Shown: piece after piece, positions 22,915-33,353 of the stretch
How the letters are laid out: every line of letters starts with the position of its first letter
Numbering within the stretch: the first letter of the stretch is position 1
From: an uncultured Actinomycetes bacterium
GTDB taxonomy: Bacteria > Actinomycetota > Acidimicrobiia > IMCC26256 > PALSA-610
Assembly: GCA_963745645.1 (NCBI GenBank)
Contig: CAVUYD010000009.1
Span: 78,774 to 142,773 of the forward strand
Length of the DNA stretch: 64,000 nucleotides
Direction of reading: 5' to 3'
Translations under genes and position numbers: made by a program
Notes under the pieces: generated by a model
Told to the model about the DNA's origin: nothing
Seen by the model: only the letters and a program-made list of their open reading frames with translations
Database searches by the model: none

Positions 22915-22995
22915 GGACGGACCTCGGGTGCGGCGCGCGCGGAACACGCGCGGGACGGCAGGAGGTGAGGCGTCGCTACATCACCGACGAGGATA
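22915..22995 (-). promoter_or_regulatory. Putative translational attenuator of the ABC-F gene (leaderless GTG-ATG-TAG uORF plus anti-SD)
   Basis: TATCCT -10-like at 22995-22990, GTGATGTAG at 22984-22976, CCTCACCTCCT able to pair with the GAGGT RBS at 22925-22921. Confidence 0.45.
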
Positions 22996-23001
22996 TCGCG
23001 C

Positions 23002-25718
23002 TCAGCCGGCCGGTTCGATCGTGCGGCGCATCTCGACCCGCGTCCCACGGTCCCGGGCGCTCGAGATCTTCAGGTCGTCGGTGACTTCGGTGATCAACCG
23101 CAGCCCCCGATTGCGTTCGGGGTTCTTCACGAGCGGACGCCACACGCCGTAGTCGCGCACCGTGAACACCACCTGCTCGCGGCTGCGGAACCCTTCGATG
23201 ACGACCGAGTCACGCGCCGCACCCGTGTACGCGTGCTCGACCGCGTTGGAGCACGCTTCGCCGACCGCGAGCAGCATGTCGTCACGGATCGATTCGGGGA
23301 GCTCCTGCTCGGCCAACCAGTCCCGCAGCGCCCGGCGGACGTGCGCGAGCTCGGCCGCGGTGGCCGGGACGCGGCACGTGAACGACGGGGCGGCCGGGCT
23401 GAGCATACGGAGCGCGACCAGCGCGACGTCGTCGGAGTGGCCGGCGCCGACGAGCTCGTCGAGCAGCTCGTCGCACAACTGCTCGACCGGCAGCTCCGCC
23501 GCGATGCCGCGCTGCACGCGAGCCGGGCGAGACCGTCTTCGAGCCGTTCGTTGCGCCGCTCCACCAAGCCGTCGGTGTAGAGCAGGATCGTGCTGCCGGG
23601 CTCGAGCTCGGCGACAGCTTCGGGTCGCGGCCGGTCCGGGTCCGCGACCGCGAGCGGCCAACCTCGTCCGCCGTCGAGGAAGCGGGCGCTCCCGTTCGGC
23701 GAGACGATCAGCGCCGGCGGATGGCCGGCCGAGGTGTAGCGCAGCGTGCCCGCGACCGGATCGACGATGCCGTAGAGGAGCGTCGTCGCCTTGGCGCCCT
23801 CGATGCCGTGCGCGAAGCGATCGAGCCGGGCGACCGCTTCGACCGCGGAGTCCGTCGTGCGCGCGACGGCGCTCAGCGCGCTGCGCAGCTGGCCCATCAC
23901 CGCGGCCGCGTTGATGCCGCGCCCGACGATGTCGCCGACCGCGATCGCGACGCGTTCCTCGTCGAGTGGCACCACGTCGTACCAGTCGCCGCCCACCGAG
24001 AGTTCCGCGACGGCAGGTACGTAGCGCGCCGCGACCACGATGTCGGCGTGGGCGAACGGTTGCGGGCTGAGCATGGCGCGCTGCAGCGTCGACGCCACCG
24101 ACCGTTGGAACTCGAACAGGCCGGCGCGGTCGAGCGCCTGGGCCAGGATCGGGCCGATCGCGTGCAGGAGCGCGAGGTCGTCTGCGGTCAGCGGACGCGT
24201 GTCGTCGAAGGCGAGGAACAGGACCCCGAGCACTGCGCCACCCTTGACCAGCGGCAGGTTCACCGTTGTGTGCCAGCCGAGGTTGCGGACGTAGTTCGCG
24301 AGGCCGGGATAACGCGCCGCGAACTCGTCCTGCTCGACGATGATCAGCGTCTCGCCCGAATGGAAGACGTCGATCGCGGGCGCCGGAAGGTCGAGCGGCA
24401 GGCGCGACCACCGCTCCATCGTGCCGGGGCTGAGCCCGACGTCGGCGACGAGGCACAACGCGGCCTGCTCCTGGTCGAGCACGAAGAACCCGCCGTGCGG
24501 GCACTCGAGTTGGGGGAGCAGCTCGGCCAGCGCGGCGTGACCGATCTCCGAGAGCTCGTTCGCCGATGACAGCCGCTCGGTGACCCCGGCGATGACGCGC
24601 AAGCGAGCTTCGGCCGCGGCGTGCACCGTGATGTCCTTCACGGTGCCCACGAGCAAGTCAACGCGATCTCCGTCGCGTATCGCCGACATCGCGATCAAGA
24701 CGCGGAAGAAGTGCCCGTCCTTGTGCCGGAAGGAGACCTCGAACTCGCCGCTGTCGACCTCACCGCGCGCGATCGCGGCCATTCCGTCGAACGCGACCTG
24801 TTGGCGCGGCAATGCCCCGGGGTCCGGCCACCACGCGTACGGCGGGAGCGTGCCGAGCACTTCGTCACGCGTGAACCCGAAGAGGCGCGGCCACGCATCG
24901 TTGACGTCGATGATGCGCCCGTCTCGCGCGGTGACGAACACGCCGTCCTGGAGCGACTGGAGCACGGCCGTGCGGAGCTGCGCGTCGGAGGCCGCGCGCA
25001 GCAGCGCTTCGGCGCGGTCGTGCACGTCCGTGATCGCACCGATCCACTCGCGCACTGCACCGTTCTCCATGATGGGAACGCCGCGCGCGTTGACGTACCG
25101 GTACTCCGCGGTCGCGGCGTTCCACAGCCGGCACGCCGCCTCGTGGAACTCTCCGGATGCGAACGCGCTCGTCCACTCGACACGGAACTGCTCCCGATCG
25201 TCCGGGTGGACTGCGGTCAGCCAGCCCATGTCCGCGTAGTCGGGCCACGATTGACCGGTGTAGGCCTCCCATGCGGGCAGCCGGCCGCGAAACCGGCCCT
25301 CCGCGTCGATCGTCGAGACGATGGCCGCGGTTGCCTCGACCAGCGAGCGGTAACGCTGCTCGGACCGGTCCCGGAGCCGCGCCTGCTCCGTCACCAGATC
25401 CTCCTCGCGGTGCTCTCGCACGGCGGTGAGCGCGACGATCGTCACGCTGGCTGCGACGAGAAAGAACAACCGGAACCAGAGCGCGGCCCCGTGGTACTGG
25501 TCGTCGGCGACCGCGTAGATCCCGCCCACGACGGTGGCGAGCATCGCGACGACGGTCGTGATCCGCCGCCCGAACACGATCGCGGCACCGAGCGGCGCCA
25601 GCAGGAAGGCGGTGACCGGATACTCACGCGGCGCGGTGACGATCGCGCCGATGGCCGCGACTGCGAGCATGACGACGACCGCGATGGTTGCCGCCCTGCT
25701 CGCCCGGCGCCGGAGCAT
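23002..25718 (-). CDS. Membrane PAS-PAS-GAF-SpoIIE (PP2C) phosphatase with C-terminal RsbW-like HATPase (frameshift near 23510)
   Basis: TM helices, VHPDD PAS, GAF, VGGDWYD, GDIVGRG, LYTDGLVE, EACSNAVEHAY, RGLRLI. Confidence 0.92.
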
Positions 25719-25843
25719 CCGGCAACGGTACTGGCCTGGGGAATCGCACGCGGGCATCGACGCACCGCACGGGCGGTGGCGTCCGTTCGGGCACGGCCCG
25801 GATCGGGCCTCGACTAGCGTCGCGGCATGCGAGGTCGGCACCG

Positions 25844-26191
25844 GTGAACCCACTGGCATCCGTCGAGCCCGAGCATGTCGACGACGTCGCGATCGTCTCG
25901 GTGTCGGGCGAGATCGACGTCTCGAACGGCGACGACGTGCGTCGGGCCGTTCTCGACTCGGTCACACTCGAGACCCGGCGCCTCCTCCTCGACCTCTCGG
26001 CCGTCGAGTACTTCGACAGCGTCGGCGTGCGCCTCTCGTTCGAACTCGATCAGCGGCTCTCCGGCCAGCAGATCGACTTCGGCATCGTGCGCCCGCCGGC
26101 GTCGTACGTGCGGAAGGTCCTCGAGCTCTGCGGGGCCGAGCACCTGCTCGCCACCTTCGACGACCGCGCCGCCGCCCTCGAGAACTGCTGA
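25844..26191 (+). CDS. STAS domain anti-sigma factor antagonist
   Basis: VSVSGEIDVSN, LDLSAVEYFDSVG. Confidence 0.9.
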   Translation: MNPLASVEPEHVDDVAIVSVSGEIDVSNGDDVRRAVLDSVTLETRRLLLDLSAVEYFDSVGVRLSFELDQRLSGQQIDFGIVRPPASYVRKVLELCGAEHLLATFDDRAAALENC

Positions 26192-27008
26192 CGCGTCCGC
26201 GTCCCTGGCGCGGTTGCGCGGGGGAGACGAGCGCGCGCACCTGGTCGAGGAGGCCGTCGACGCCGGACCCGTGCAGGGTCATGCCGCCGTCGATCACGAT
26301 GTTCTGACCCGTGATGAAGCGCGCCATGTCGGAGGCGAGGAACGTCACGACGTCCGCGATGTCGTCCGGCGTGCCGACGCGGTCGAGCGGTGTCTTGGCC
26401 GCCATCGCCGGAGCTGCGTGCAGCCCTTGTTCGGTGAGCAGCAGCTCGGTCATCGCGGTATGGATCATCCCGGGCGACACCGCGTTGACGCGGATCGTCG
26501 GCGCGTACTCGAGCGCGGCGGACGCCGTGAGCGCGGCGACTGCCGCCTTCCCCGCCGCGTACGGCGCTTCACCCGCGGCCGGACGCGTGCCGGAGATCGA
26601 CGCCGTCGAGACGATCGCGCCGCCGCCACCGTCGAGCATGATCGGTGCGACCGCCTTCATGCCGTAGAACACCACGCTCAGGTTGAGCGTGACGATCTGG
26701 TGCCACTCATCGATCGGGTACTCGTGCAACGGCCGCAGGTTGCTGCCACCCGCGTTGTTGTAGAGGATCGAGATGCCGCCGAGCTTCACCCGCGCGTCCG
26801 CGACTGCCGCCGCCAGCGCGTCGTAGTCGGTGACGTCGACCGTGTAGGGCAAGGCATCCAACGGACCGGCGATCTTCTCGGCCCGGTCCCCGTCGATGTC
26901 GAACACCGCGACCCGGGCGCCCTCCTCGACGAACCGGCGGCACGTGGCCGCCCCGATGCCCGAACCGCCACCGGTGACCACGGCCGTCCGGCCGGCGAGC
27001 AGCGACAT
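25962..27008 (-). CDS. SDR family oxidoreductase (true stop probably near 26200; the ORF tail overlaps STAS)
   Basis: TGGGSGIG, NNAG, YAAGK, RVNAVSPG, ITGQNIVIDGG. Confidence 0.92.
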   Translation of the reverse strand: MSLLAGRTAVVTGGGSGIGAATCRRFVEEGARVAVFDIDGDRAEKIAGPLDALPYTVDVTDYDALAAAVADARVKLGGISILYNNAGGSNLRPLHEYPIDEWHQIVTLNLSVVFYGMKAVAPIMLDGGGGAIVSTASISGTRPAAGEAPYAAGKAAVAALTASAALEYAPTIRVNAVSPGMIHTAMTELLLTEQGLHAAPAMAAKTPLDRVGTPDDIADVVTFLASDMARFITGQNIVIDGGMTLHGSGVDGLLDQVRALVSPAQPRQGRGRVSSSRGRRRGRRRWRAGARPRRARGPSARTTPAGARCRSRSAGRRAADRVRTRGARRRCRSTRRPRGRGGGAGSRV

Positions 27009-27053
27009 GGGAGGCAACCTAACGCCTCGCGCTATCGTGACCGGTCCGAAGTG

Positions 27054-27127
27054 GGGCGGTTAGCTCAGTTGGTTAGAGCGCTTGCTCGACACGCAAGAGG
27101 TCGTGGGTTCGAATCCCTCACCGCCCA
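27054..27127 (+). tRNA. tRNA-Val(GAC)
   Basis: GGGCGGT/ACCGCCC acceptor stem, TAGCTCAG D arm, CTTGC-TCGACAC-GCAAG anticodon arm, GGTTCGAATCC T arm. Confidence 0.97.
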
Positions 27128-27199
27128 CCGAATCACCGCGCCCTTCGCCGGCGCGGTCAGCTCGTTGGCACGCCCGCGAAACTGGCAGATTCCCGATCG

Positions 27200-28369
27200 A
27201 CCGTATCTTTTCACCCGACGGCGATGCACGCTCCGGGGGCGGACACGTGCCACGGGCGCGTCGACCCGAGTCCGGGGAACGCGAATCGTCGCGGTGCGCA
27301 TCGCAGGGACGCTTCCGATATGGATGTCGTCGGTGCCGAACCGTCGCACGGTTACGTCCGCGGCCGACGGACCTGTTCGTATGACGATCGTCGAGACCGG
27401 CGGGGCAGTTCGCGACATCGTTCGGCTTCGTGCATGGCGCGCCACTCGAACGTATTACAGGTCGCATCCGACCGAGTCGCACGATCGCTGCGTCAGGAGA
27501 CGGCGGGTCAGTGCCGGGGGCGATCCCGTAGAACCGGACCGCCTCTCGGTATTCACCGGCCGTGAGGCCGCCCAAGACGAGGTTGTACAGGTGCGAGTCA
27601 GGCACTGCGGCCGCGCCCTGATTCGCAACGATCATCTGCTGCTTTGTCACCAAAGCTATTTGGCTGTGGACCTTCGCCGCATCGAGCGTCGGTCCGTGAT
27701 TGGCCAACGAAAGGAGCGCCGCAACCATCGCGAGTAGCAACGCCGCCGCCGGCGATCGCCATCGGAGCATCAGGCCGATCGGTGCTGGGGGAAGCGACGC
27801 GACGCAGAATGAAGAGCGATCCGGCAAGCTGATAGCGGAACGTCTCCGGGTTGAAGAAGACGACTCGGAAGTGGACGACACCGACCCACCAGATGATGAC
27901 ACGCGACCGACCAACCGATCGCGTTCGCCGACGCGGCCAGTCCTTGGCGTAATCGCCACGCCAGATGCACGAGGAAAGCGATCGCGAGCACGATGCCGAG
28001 GGACCGGTGTCCGAGTGCCAGCCCGTCGAACGACGCTCGGACGCCGTGGAAGACGCGTTCGATCCAGTCCGACGTGCTCAGCCGAATCCCTTTCGGCACA
28101 CCGCTGGCCTCCCGTCCAGAGACCTGCCACCAGATCGCCCATCCCGCGGACGGCACGAGCACCGCGAGCCAACGATCACGGCCCACCGGCCGCGTCGTCG
28201 ATGATCGCGAACTGGCGTCAACAGCCGACAACCCGAGCCCGGCGGAATCGACGACCGACTCGCCCTCGGCAGTCGAAACGACGTCGCTGGGGCTCGGACC
28301 GGCATCGACCTCCGTCGGCACATCCCCACCCAGCATTGCGCTTACGCTACTGAGGCCGGCTCCTGGCAT
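27200..28369 (-). pseudogene. Degraded multi-TM membrane protein fragment
   Basis: Hydrophobic Trp-rich segments over several frames (WLAVLVPSAGWAIWW, LGIVLAIAFLVHLAW, AALLLAMVAALL); atypical codon usage. Confidence 0.5.
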
Positions 28370-28899
28370 GTGCAGCCCGCAGCGTGACGACGGCGCAGAC
28401 CCACGTAAGCAATTGCGCCCTCAACAGTTCGGATATGGACCGTCGAGTCATGGACCGACCATTGCACGCGCACAGACCTGCCGTTCTGCGTCATAGGCGG
28501 GCGCGACACTGCGGCCGTGTACCCCTCACCGCCGCCGCACGGTTCGTGTCGCGGTTCCCTCATCCAGCCATCTGGACGGAACACCCGCGGGTTGTACGGC
28601 GATCGAGGATGGCGACGAATGCCCGGGACTCGAGCTGCGACACGAATCCGACCCGACGACGTGCGTCGCGGAGTGGGGCGGCTGCAATGTGTGCGGGGTT
28701 CACTGACGCGACGCGGCCAAGCCGAAGCACAAGCGGTAACAGCGGCGGCAGGCGTGGCGCCTACGGCGCGCGTTCTTGTACCCCACCTGCACCCCAAGAG
28801 ACGGTCATAAGCGGCGAAGCGCGGTCAGCGACGGTCAACCGAAAAGTCCGCATGACCTGCGCAGACGCGCATTTGCCCACGTCGGCGCGTCATGGCGTA

Positions 28900-28949
28900 C
28901 TTGCTCGACACGCAAGAGGTCGTGGGTTCGAATCCCTCACCGCCCACCG
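28900..28949 (+). repeat. attR-like duplicate of the tRNA-Val(GAC) 3' half
   Basis: CTTGCTCGACACGCAAGAGGTCGTGGGTTCGAATCCCTCACCGCCCACCG, identical to 27081-27130. Confidence 0.93.
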
Positions 28950-29150
28950 GTTCTGCTTCCGCAGGGAGTTCAGCGCGCGATCAGCTGCGCTCCGCCCCAG
29001 CCGCGGCGCGAGCCGTGGCAGTCGTCGGGAACTCCCGAGTTCGCGGTTCTCCGGACTTCAGTCCGGCCCGTGAGATTCCGGACGTTTGGCGTCGGAAGGC
29101 GTGCCGTTCCGGCGTATCCTTTGCCCTTCGGCACCGATCCGGGCGGGTAC

Positions 29151-30140
29151 ATGGCAGACGTGAGCGAGAACGGGGTGCGGAGTGTCTCCCCGTTCCAGCG
29201 CGGTCCGCGCGCGGCCGCGGCACTCGGGGCCGCCGCACTCGTCTTGCTCGCCGCGCCCGTGCACGCCGGCGCGCAGGTGGTGTACGTCCCGGTGGACGGC
29301 AGCCCCGACGCGGTGCTCGACCCGAGCTCGTACGACGTGCGCGGCAGCACGTTCACCCAGGACTGCTCGGCGTTCTCCTCCGTGCCCGCCGGAGCAGTGG
29401 GGTGGCAGGTCGTGTTGCCACAGGCCGACACGCAGAACCCCGAGAACGTGTTCGACAGCGTCACGCTCGAGTTCGCGACTGCCGGCCCCGTGACGATCAC
29501 GCCGGGACCGTCCGCGTACGCGGTCACGGTGACCCCGACGGATGACGTGCTCTTGAACGGCGCGGCCGACGGGTCCGAGAGCGCGGGCGACGGTTTCCCG
29601 CAGTTCTTCACGCTCGCGGCCACGTGCTACACGCCGCCGCCCCCGCCGCCGCCTCCAACCACCACGACGACCACGACCACGGTCGCGCCACCACCGCCCA
29701 CGGCACCGCCCTCGAACCCGACGACGCCGTCGAACCCGTCGAGCCCGAGCGCACCGCCGACCAAGAGCCAGGTGCTCTGGAGCGCGGCGGCGATCAAGCT
29801 GCCGTTCACCGGTTCGCTGTTCGCGCTCAAGCCCGCAGTGGCGACGACCACCACCACGACCCCCGATCCCGGGGCGACTCCGAACACCGACACCGGCGCG
29901 GCCGCGGCGGCGAAGAGCCCGAGCACCTCCACGCCAATCGACCGGGGCAAGCTCGCCGGGAACACCAAGAAGATCAACGGGGCGGCCGCATCGGTCGAGA
30001 TCTCGAGCAGCGGCTCCTCGCCATGGGGCTCGCTGCTGCTGGGCGCCGTCGGCGCGGGCGTCGTCGTGTTCCTGATCATGGCCATGACCCGCCGCACCGA
30101 CCATCGCGCTCGTGTGCGGCGCGACCCGCGCCTCGGCTGA
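29151..30140 (+). CDS. Cell-surface protein: signal peptide, small Cys-containing domain, Pro/Thr-rich stalk, C-terminal TM
   Basis: AAALGAAALVLLAAPVHAGA signal, poly-Pro/poly-Thr runs, TM followed by a basic tail. Confidence 0.75.
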   Translation: MADVSENGVRSVSPFQRGPRAAAALGAAALVLLAAPVHAGAQVVYVPVDGSPDAVLDPSSYDVRGSTFTQDCSAFSSVPAGAVGWQVVLPQADTQNPENVFDSVTLEFATAGPVTITPGPSAYAVTVTPTDDVLLNGAADGSESAGDGFPQFFTLAATCYTPPPPPPPPTTTTTTTTVAPPPPTAPPSNPTTPSNPSSPSAPPTKSQVLWSAAAIKLPFTGSLFALKPAVATTTTTTPDPGATPNTDTGAAAAAKSPSTSTPIDRGKLAGNTKKINGAAASVEISSSGSSPWGSLLLGAVGAGVVVFLIMAMTRRTDHRARVRRDPRLG

Positions 30141-30266
30141 CGCGTCGGGGCCCGATTTCCCGGGCGGCGCCGAGCTCCCCCGGCTCGTGAAGAGGCACTT
30201 CGGCGCGCGCGCCCGGTCATAACCTGGAACCTGCAACTGCTGCCGCTGCGAGCCGATGGAGGACGC

Positions 30267-32975
30267 GTGTTCCTAGACGGGTCCATACACCAGTTGCCGG
30301 ACACCGATCGGGCCGAGACCGAGGAGTGGCTCGACTCCCTCGACGCCGTCATCGACGCGCGCGGGAGTTCCCGCGCGCACTACATCCTCGCCCGGCTCAT
30401 GGAGCGGGCGCGCGACAAGGGCGTCGGCGTTCCGGCGATGGTGCAGACCGACTACATCAACACGATCGCGCCGGAGCAAGAACCGTGGTTCCCCGGCGAC
30501 GAGTACGTCGAGCGCCGCATCCGCGCGTTCATCCGGTGGAACGCAGTCGTGATGGTCGACCGCGCCAACCACCGCTTCGAAGGTCAGGGCGGTCACCTCT
30601 CCACCTACGCGTCCGCCGCGTCGTTGTACGAGGTCGGCTTCAACCACTTCTTCCGCGGCAAGGGCGACGGGCGCTACGGCGACCAGGTGTTCTTCCAGGG
30701 CCACGCCGCGCCCGGCGTCTACGCCCGTGCGTTCCTCGAAGGTCGGTTGACCGAGGCGCACCTCGAGCGGTTCCGGCGCGAGGTCGGAGGCGGCGGCCTG
30801 TCCTCCTACCCCCACCCGCGCCGCATGCCGGACTTCTGGGAATTCCCGACCGTGTCGATGGGGCTCGGTCCGCTGAACGCGGTCTACCAGGCCCGCTTCA
30901 ACCGCTATCTCTTCCAGCGCGAGATCGCCGACACGTCAGACGCGAACGTGTGGTGCTTCGTCGGCGACGGCGAGCTCGACGAGCCCGAGTCGATGGCCGC
31001 GCTCTCACTCGGCGCGCGTGAACGACTCGACAACCTGATCTTCGTCGTGAACTGCAACCTGCAGCGACTCGATGGTCCGGTGCGCGGCAACGGCAAGGTC
31101 ATCCAGGAGCTCGAGTCGATCTTCCGCGGCATGGGCTGGAACGTCATCAAGGTCGTCTGGGGCACGGCCTGGGACGAACTGCTCGCGCGCGACGTCGACG
31201 GCGTGCTCGTCAACAAGATGAACTCGACCGTCGACGGTGAGTTCCAGAAGTACGCGGTCGAGTCGGGCGAGTACATCCGCGAGCACTTCTTCGGTCCGGA
31301 TCCGCGTCTGCGCGCGATGGTGCAGCATCTCAGCGACGACGACCTGCAGCGACTCCCGCGCGGCGGGCACGACTACCGGAAGCTCTACGCCGCGTACAAG
31401 GCCGCGTTGGAGCACGTCGGCTCGCCCACGGTCATCCTCGCCAAGACGGTGAAGGGCTGGACGCTCGGGCCCGACTTCGAAGCGCGCAACGCAACGCACC
31501 AGATAAAGAAGATGAAGGCCGCCGACTTCAAGGTCTTCCGCGATCGGCTGTTCCTCGACATCCCGGACTCGGACCTCGAGGGCGAGCTGCCGCCCTACTA
31601 CCACCCGGGTACCGACTCACTCGAGTACGAGTACCTGATGGAGCGGCGCCGCGCGCTCGACGGGTACTTGCCCGAGCGCGTCGAGCGCTCGAAGCTCGTC
31701 GTGTTCCCGCGCGACGAGCTCATCGACCAGCTCACCGCGGGTACAGGCGAGAAGGTGCAGGCGTCGACGACAACCGCGTTCACGCGGCTGTTGCGCACGC
31801 TGATGAAAGAGCCCGAGTGGGGCAACCGCATCGTGCCGATCATCCCGGACGAAGCGCGCACGTTCGGCATGGACGCGCTGTTCCCCGAGTACAAGATCTA
31901 CGCGCCCTTCGGCCAGCAGTACGAGCCGGTCGACGCGGGCCTCATGCTCTCGTACCGCGAAGCCGCGAAGGGACAGATCCTCGAGGAGGGCATCACCGAA
32001 GCGGGCTCGATGGCCGACTTCACTGCCGCGGCGACGGCGTACGCGACGTGGGGTCAACCGATGATCCCGTTCCTCGTCTTCTACTCGATGTTCGGGTTCC
32101 AGCGCGTCGGCGACCTCATCTGGTCGTTCGGCGACCAGCGCGGCCGCGGGTTCCTGATGGGCGCGACCGCAGGCCGCACGACGCTCACCGGCGAGGGGTT
32201 GCAGCACTGCGACGGCCAGTCGCAGATGTACGCGATGGCGTACCCGAACCTGCGCGCGTACGACCCGGCGTTCGCGTACGAGGTCGCGGTGATCGTCCGT
32301 GACGGCATCCGTCGCATGTACGGCCCCGAACCCGAGGACTGCTTCTACTACCTGACCCTCTACAACGAGAACTACGTGCAGCCGCCCCTGCCGGTAGGCG
32401 CCGAGGGTACGGCGGCGGGGATCGAAGAAGGCATCGTGCGCGGCATCTACCGATACCGGGCCGCCGACACGGAGCGCACGCACCGCGCCCAGATCCTCGC
32501 GAGCGGACCGATGGTGTTGCAGGCGCTCGAAGCACAGCGGCTGCTGGCCGAGCACCACGACGTCGCCGCGGACGTGTGGAGCGTCACCGGATGGAAGCAG
32601 CTGCGCGACGACGCGATCGACTGCGAGCGGTGGAACCGGCTGCATCCGACCGACGCGCCGCGCGCGCCGTACGTCACCGAACAGCTGGGCGACGCCGAAG
32701 GCCCGGTGATCGCGGTCAGTGATTGGGTGAAGGCGGTGCCCGATTCCATCGCCCGGTTCGTGCCGCAGCCGTACGTCGTGCTCGGCACCGACGGCTACGG
32801 CTACTCGGACACCCGCCCCGCTCTGCGCCGGCATTTCGAAGTCGACGCGGCCCACACCGTCATCGCGGTGCTCGACGGGCTCGCACAGACCGGGGACCTG
32901 AAGGGCGAGGCTGTCGCCGAGGCGCTCAGCCGTTACGAGATCGACACCGAATTGCCGTCACCGCGCCTGACCTGA
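30267..32975 (+). CDS. aceE: Pyruvate dehydrogenase E1 component, homodimeric type
   Basis: ETEEWLDSL, GGHLSTYASAA, FPTVSMGLGP, GDGELDEPES, NCNLQRLDGPV, TGEGLQH. Confidence 0.98.
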   Translation: MFLDGSIHQLPDTDRAETEEWLDSLDAVIDARGSSRAHYILARLMERARDKGVGVPAMVQTDYINTIAPEQEPWFPGDEYVERRIRAFIRWNAVVMVDRANHRFEGQGGHLSTYASAASLYEVGFNHFFRGKGDGRYGDQVFFQGHAAPGVYARAFLEGRLTEAHLERFRREVGGGGLSSYPHPRRMPDFWEFPTVSMGLGPLNAVYQARFNRYLFQREIADTSDANVWCFVGDGELDEPESMAALSLGARERLDNLIFVVNCNLQRLDGPVRGNGKVIQELESIFRGMGWNVIKVVWGTAWDELLARDVDGVLVNKMNSTVDGEFQKYAVESGEYIREHFFGPDPRLRAMVQHLSDDDLQRLPRGGHDYRKLYAAYKAALEHVGSPTVILAKTVKGWTLGPDFEARNATHQIKKMKAADFKVFRDRLFLDIPDSDLEGELPPYYHPGTDSLEYEYLMERRRALDGYLPERVERSKLVVFPRDELIDQLTAGTGEKVQASTTTAFTRLLRTLMKEPEWGNRIVPIIPDEARTFGMDALFPEYKIYAPFGQQYEPVDAGLMLSYREAAKGQILEEGITEAGSMADFTAAATAYATWGQPMIPFLVFYSMFGFQRVGDLIWSFGDQRGRGFLMGATAGRTTLTGEGLQHCDGQSQMYAMAYPNLRAYDPAFAYEVAVIVRDGIRRMYGPEPEDCFYYLTLYNENYVQPPLPVGAEGTAAGIEEGIVRGIYRYRAADTERTHRAQILASGPMVLQALEAQRLLAEHHDVAADVWSVTGWKQLRDDAIDCERWNRLHPTDAPRAPYVTEQLGDAEGPVIAVSDWVKAVPDSIARFVPQPYVVLGTDGYGYSDTRPALRRHFEVDAAHTVIAVLDGLAQTGDLKGEAVAEALSRYEIDTELPSPRLT

Positions 32976-32987
32976 CGCCCGGCGGCG

Positions 32988-33185
32988 TCAGTTCACCTGG
33001 TGGTCGGGGTCCCAGTCCTCGTCTTCGTCCTCGTCGTCCCACTCGTCGTCGTCGTCGACATCCTCGTCGGTGTCCTCGGAGACGTCCGCCAGCGTTCCGG
33101 AGCCTTCACGGAACAACCCGTCGTCGTAGCCCTGCTTGAGCTTGCGCGCCTCACGGAAACGCCGAGCTCTTCCTTTTCTGGGCAC
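32988..33185 (-). CDS. Small protein with basic N-terminus and highly acidic C-terminus
   Basis: MPRKGRARRFREARKLK...EDTDEDVDDDDEWDDEDEDEDWD; GAGG/AGGTG upstream. Confidence 0.6.
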   Translation of the reverse strand: MPRKGRARRFREARKLKQGYDDGLFREGSGTLADVSEDTDEDVDDDDEWDDEDEDEDWDPDHQVN

Positions 33186-33221
33186 GTCGTCACCTGCCTC
33201 GGAGTGGGAACGGGCGCAACG

Positions 33222-33275
33222 TCAGCCGACGCTGGCGGGGATGATGACCGGCCGGAGGCCTGCTGTCTTCGTCAC
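33222..33275 (-). CDS. Putative 17-aa leader peptide MTKTAGLRPVIIPASVG
   Basis: AAGGAGG just upstream of GTG; ORF lies inside a hairpin. Confidence 0.35.
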   Translation of the reverse strand: MTKTAGLRPVIIPASVG

Positions 33276-33353
33276 CCCGCCTCCTTGCTTCGATGATCAC
33301 CCGGGCGACCCGGGCGGGGCCCGTTGTGTCCTCTCATAATGCCACGTCGGGAA

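Larger units (their letters stand above)
27131..28949. mobile_element. Small tRNA-Val(GAC)-anchored island remnant with no integrase
   Basis: Bounded by a 50-bp exact direct repeat of the tRNA 3' part (27081-27130 and 28900-28949). Confidence 0.75.

Noticed and set aside
23002-26191. Partner-switching module as a novel system
   Set aside because: PAS/GAF-SpoIIE-HATPase plus STAS is common in Actinomycetota
28900-28949. Additional tRNA gene (also at 43208-43252)
   Set aside because: Both copies lack the 5' acceptor strand and D arm; they are att-like duplications
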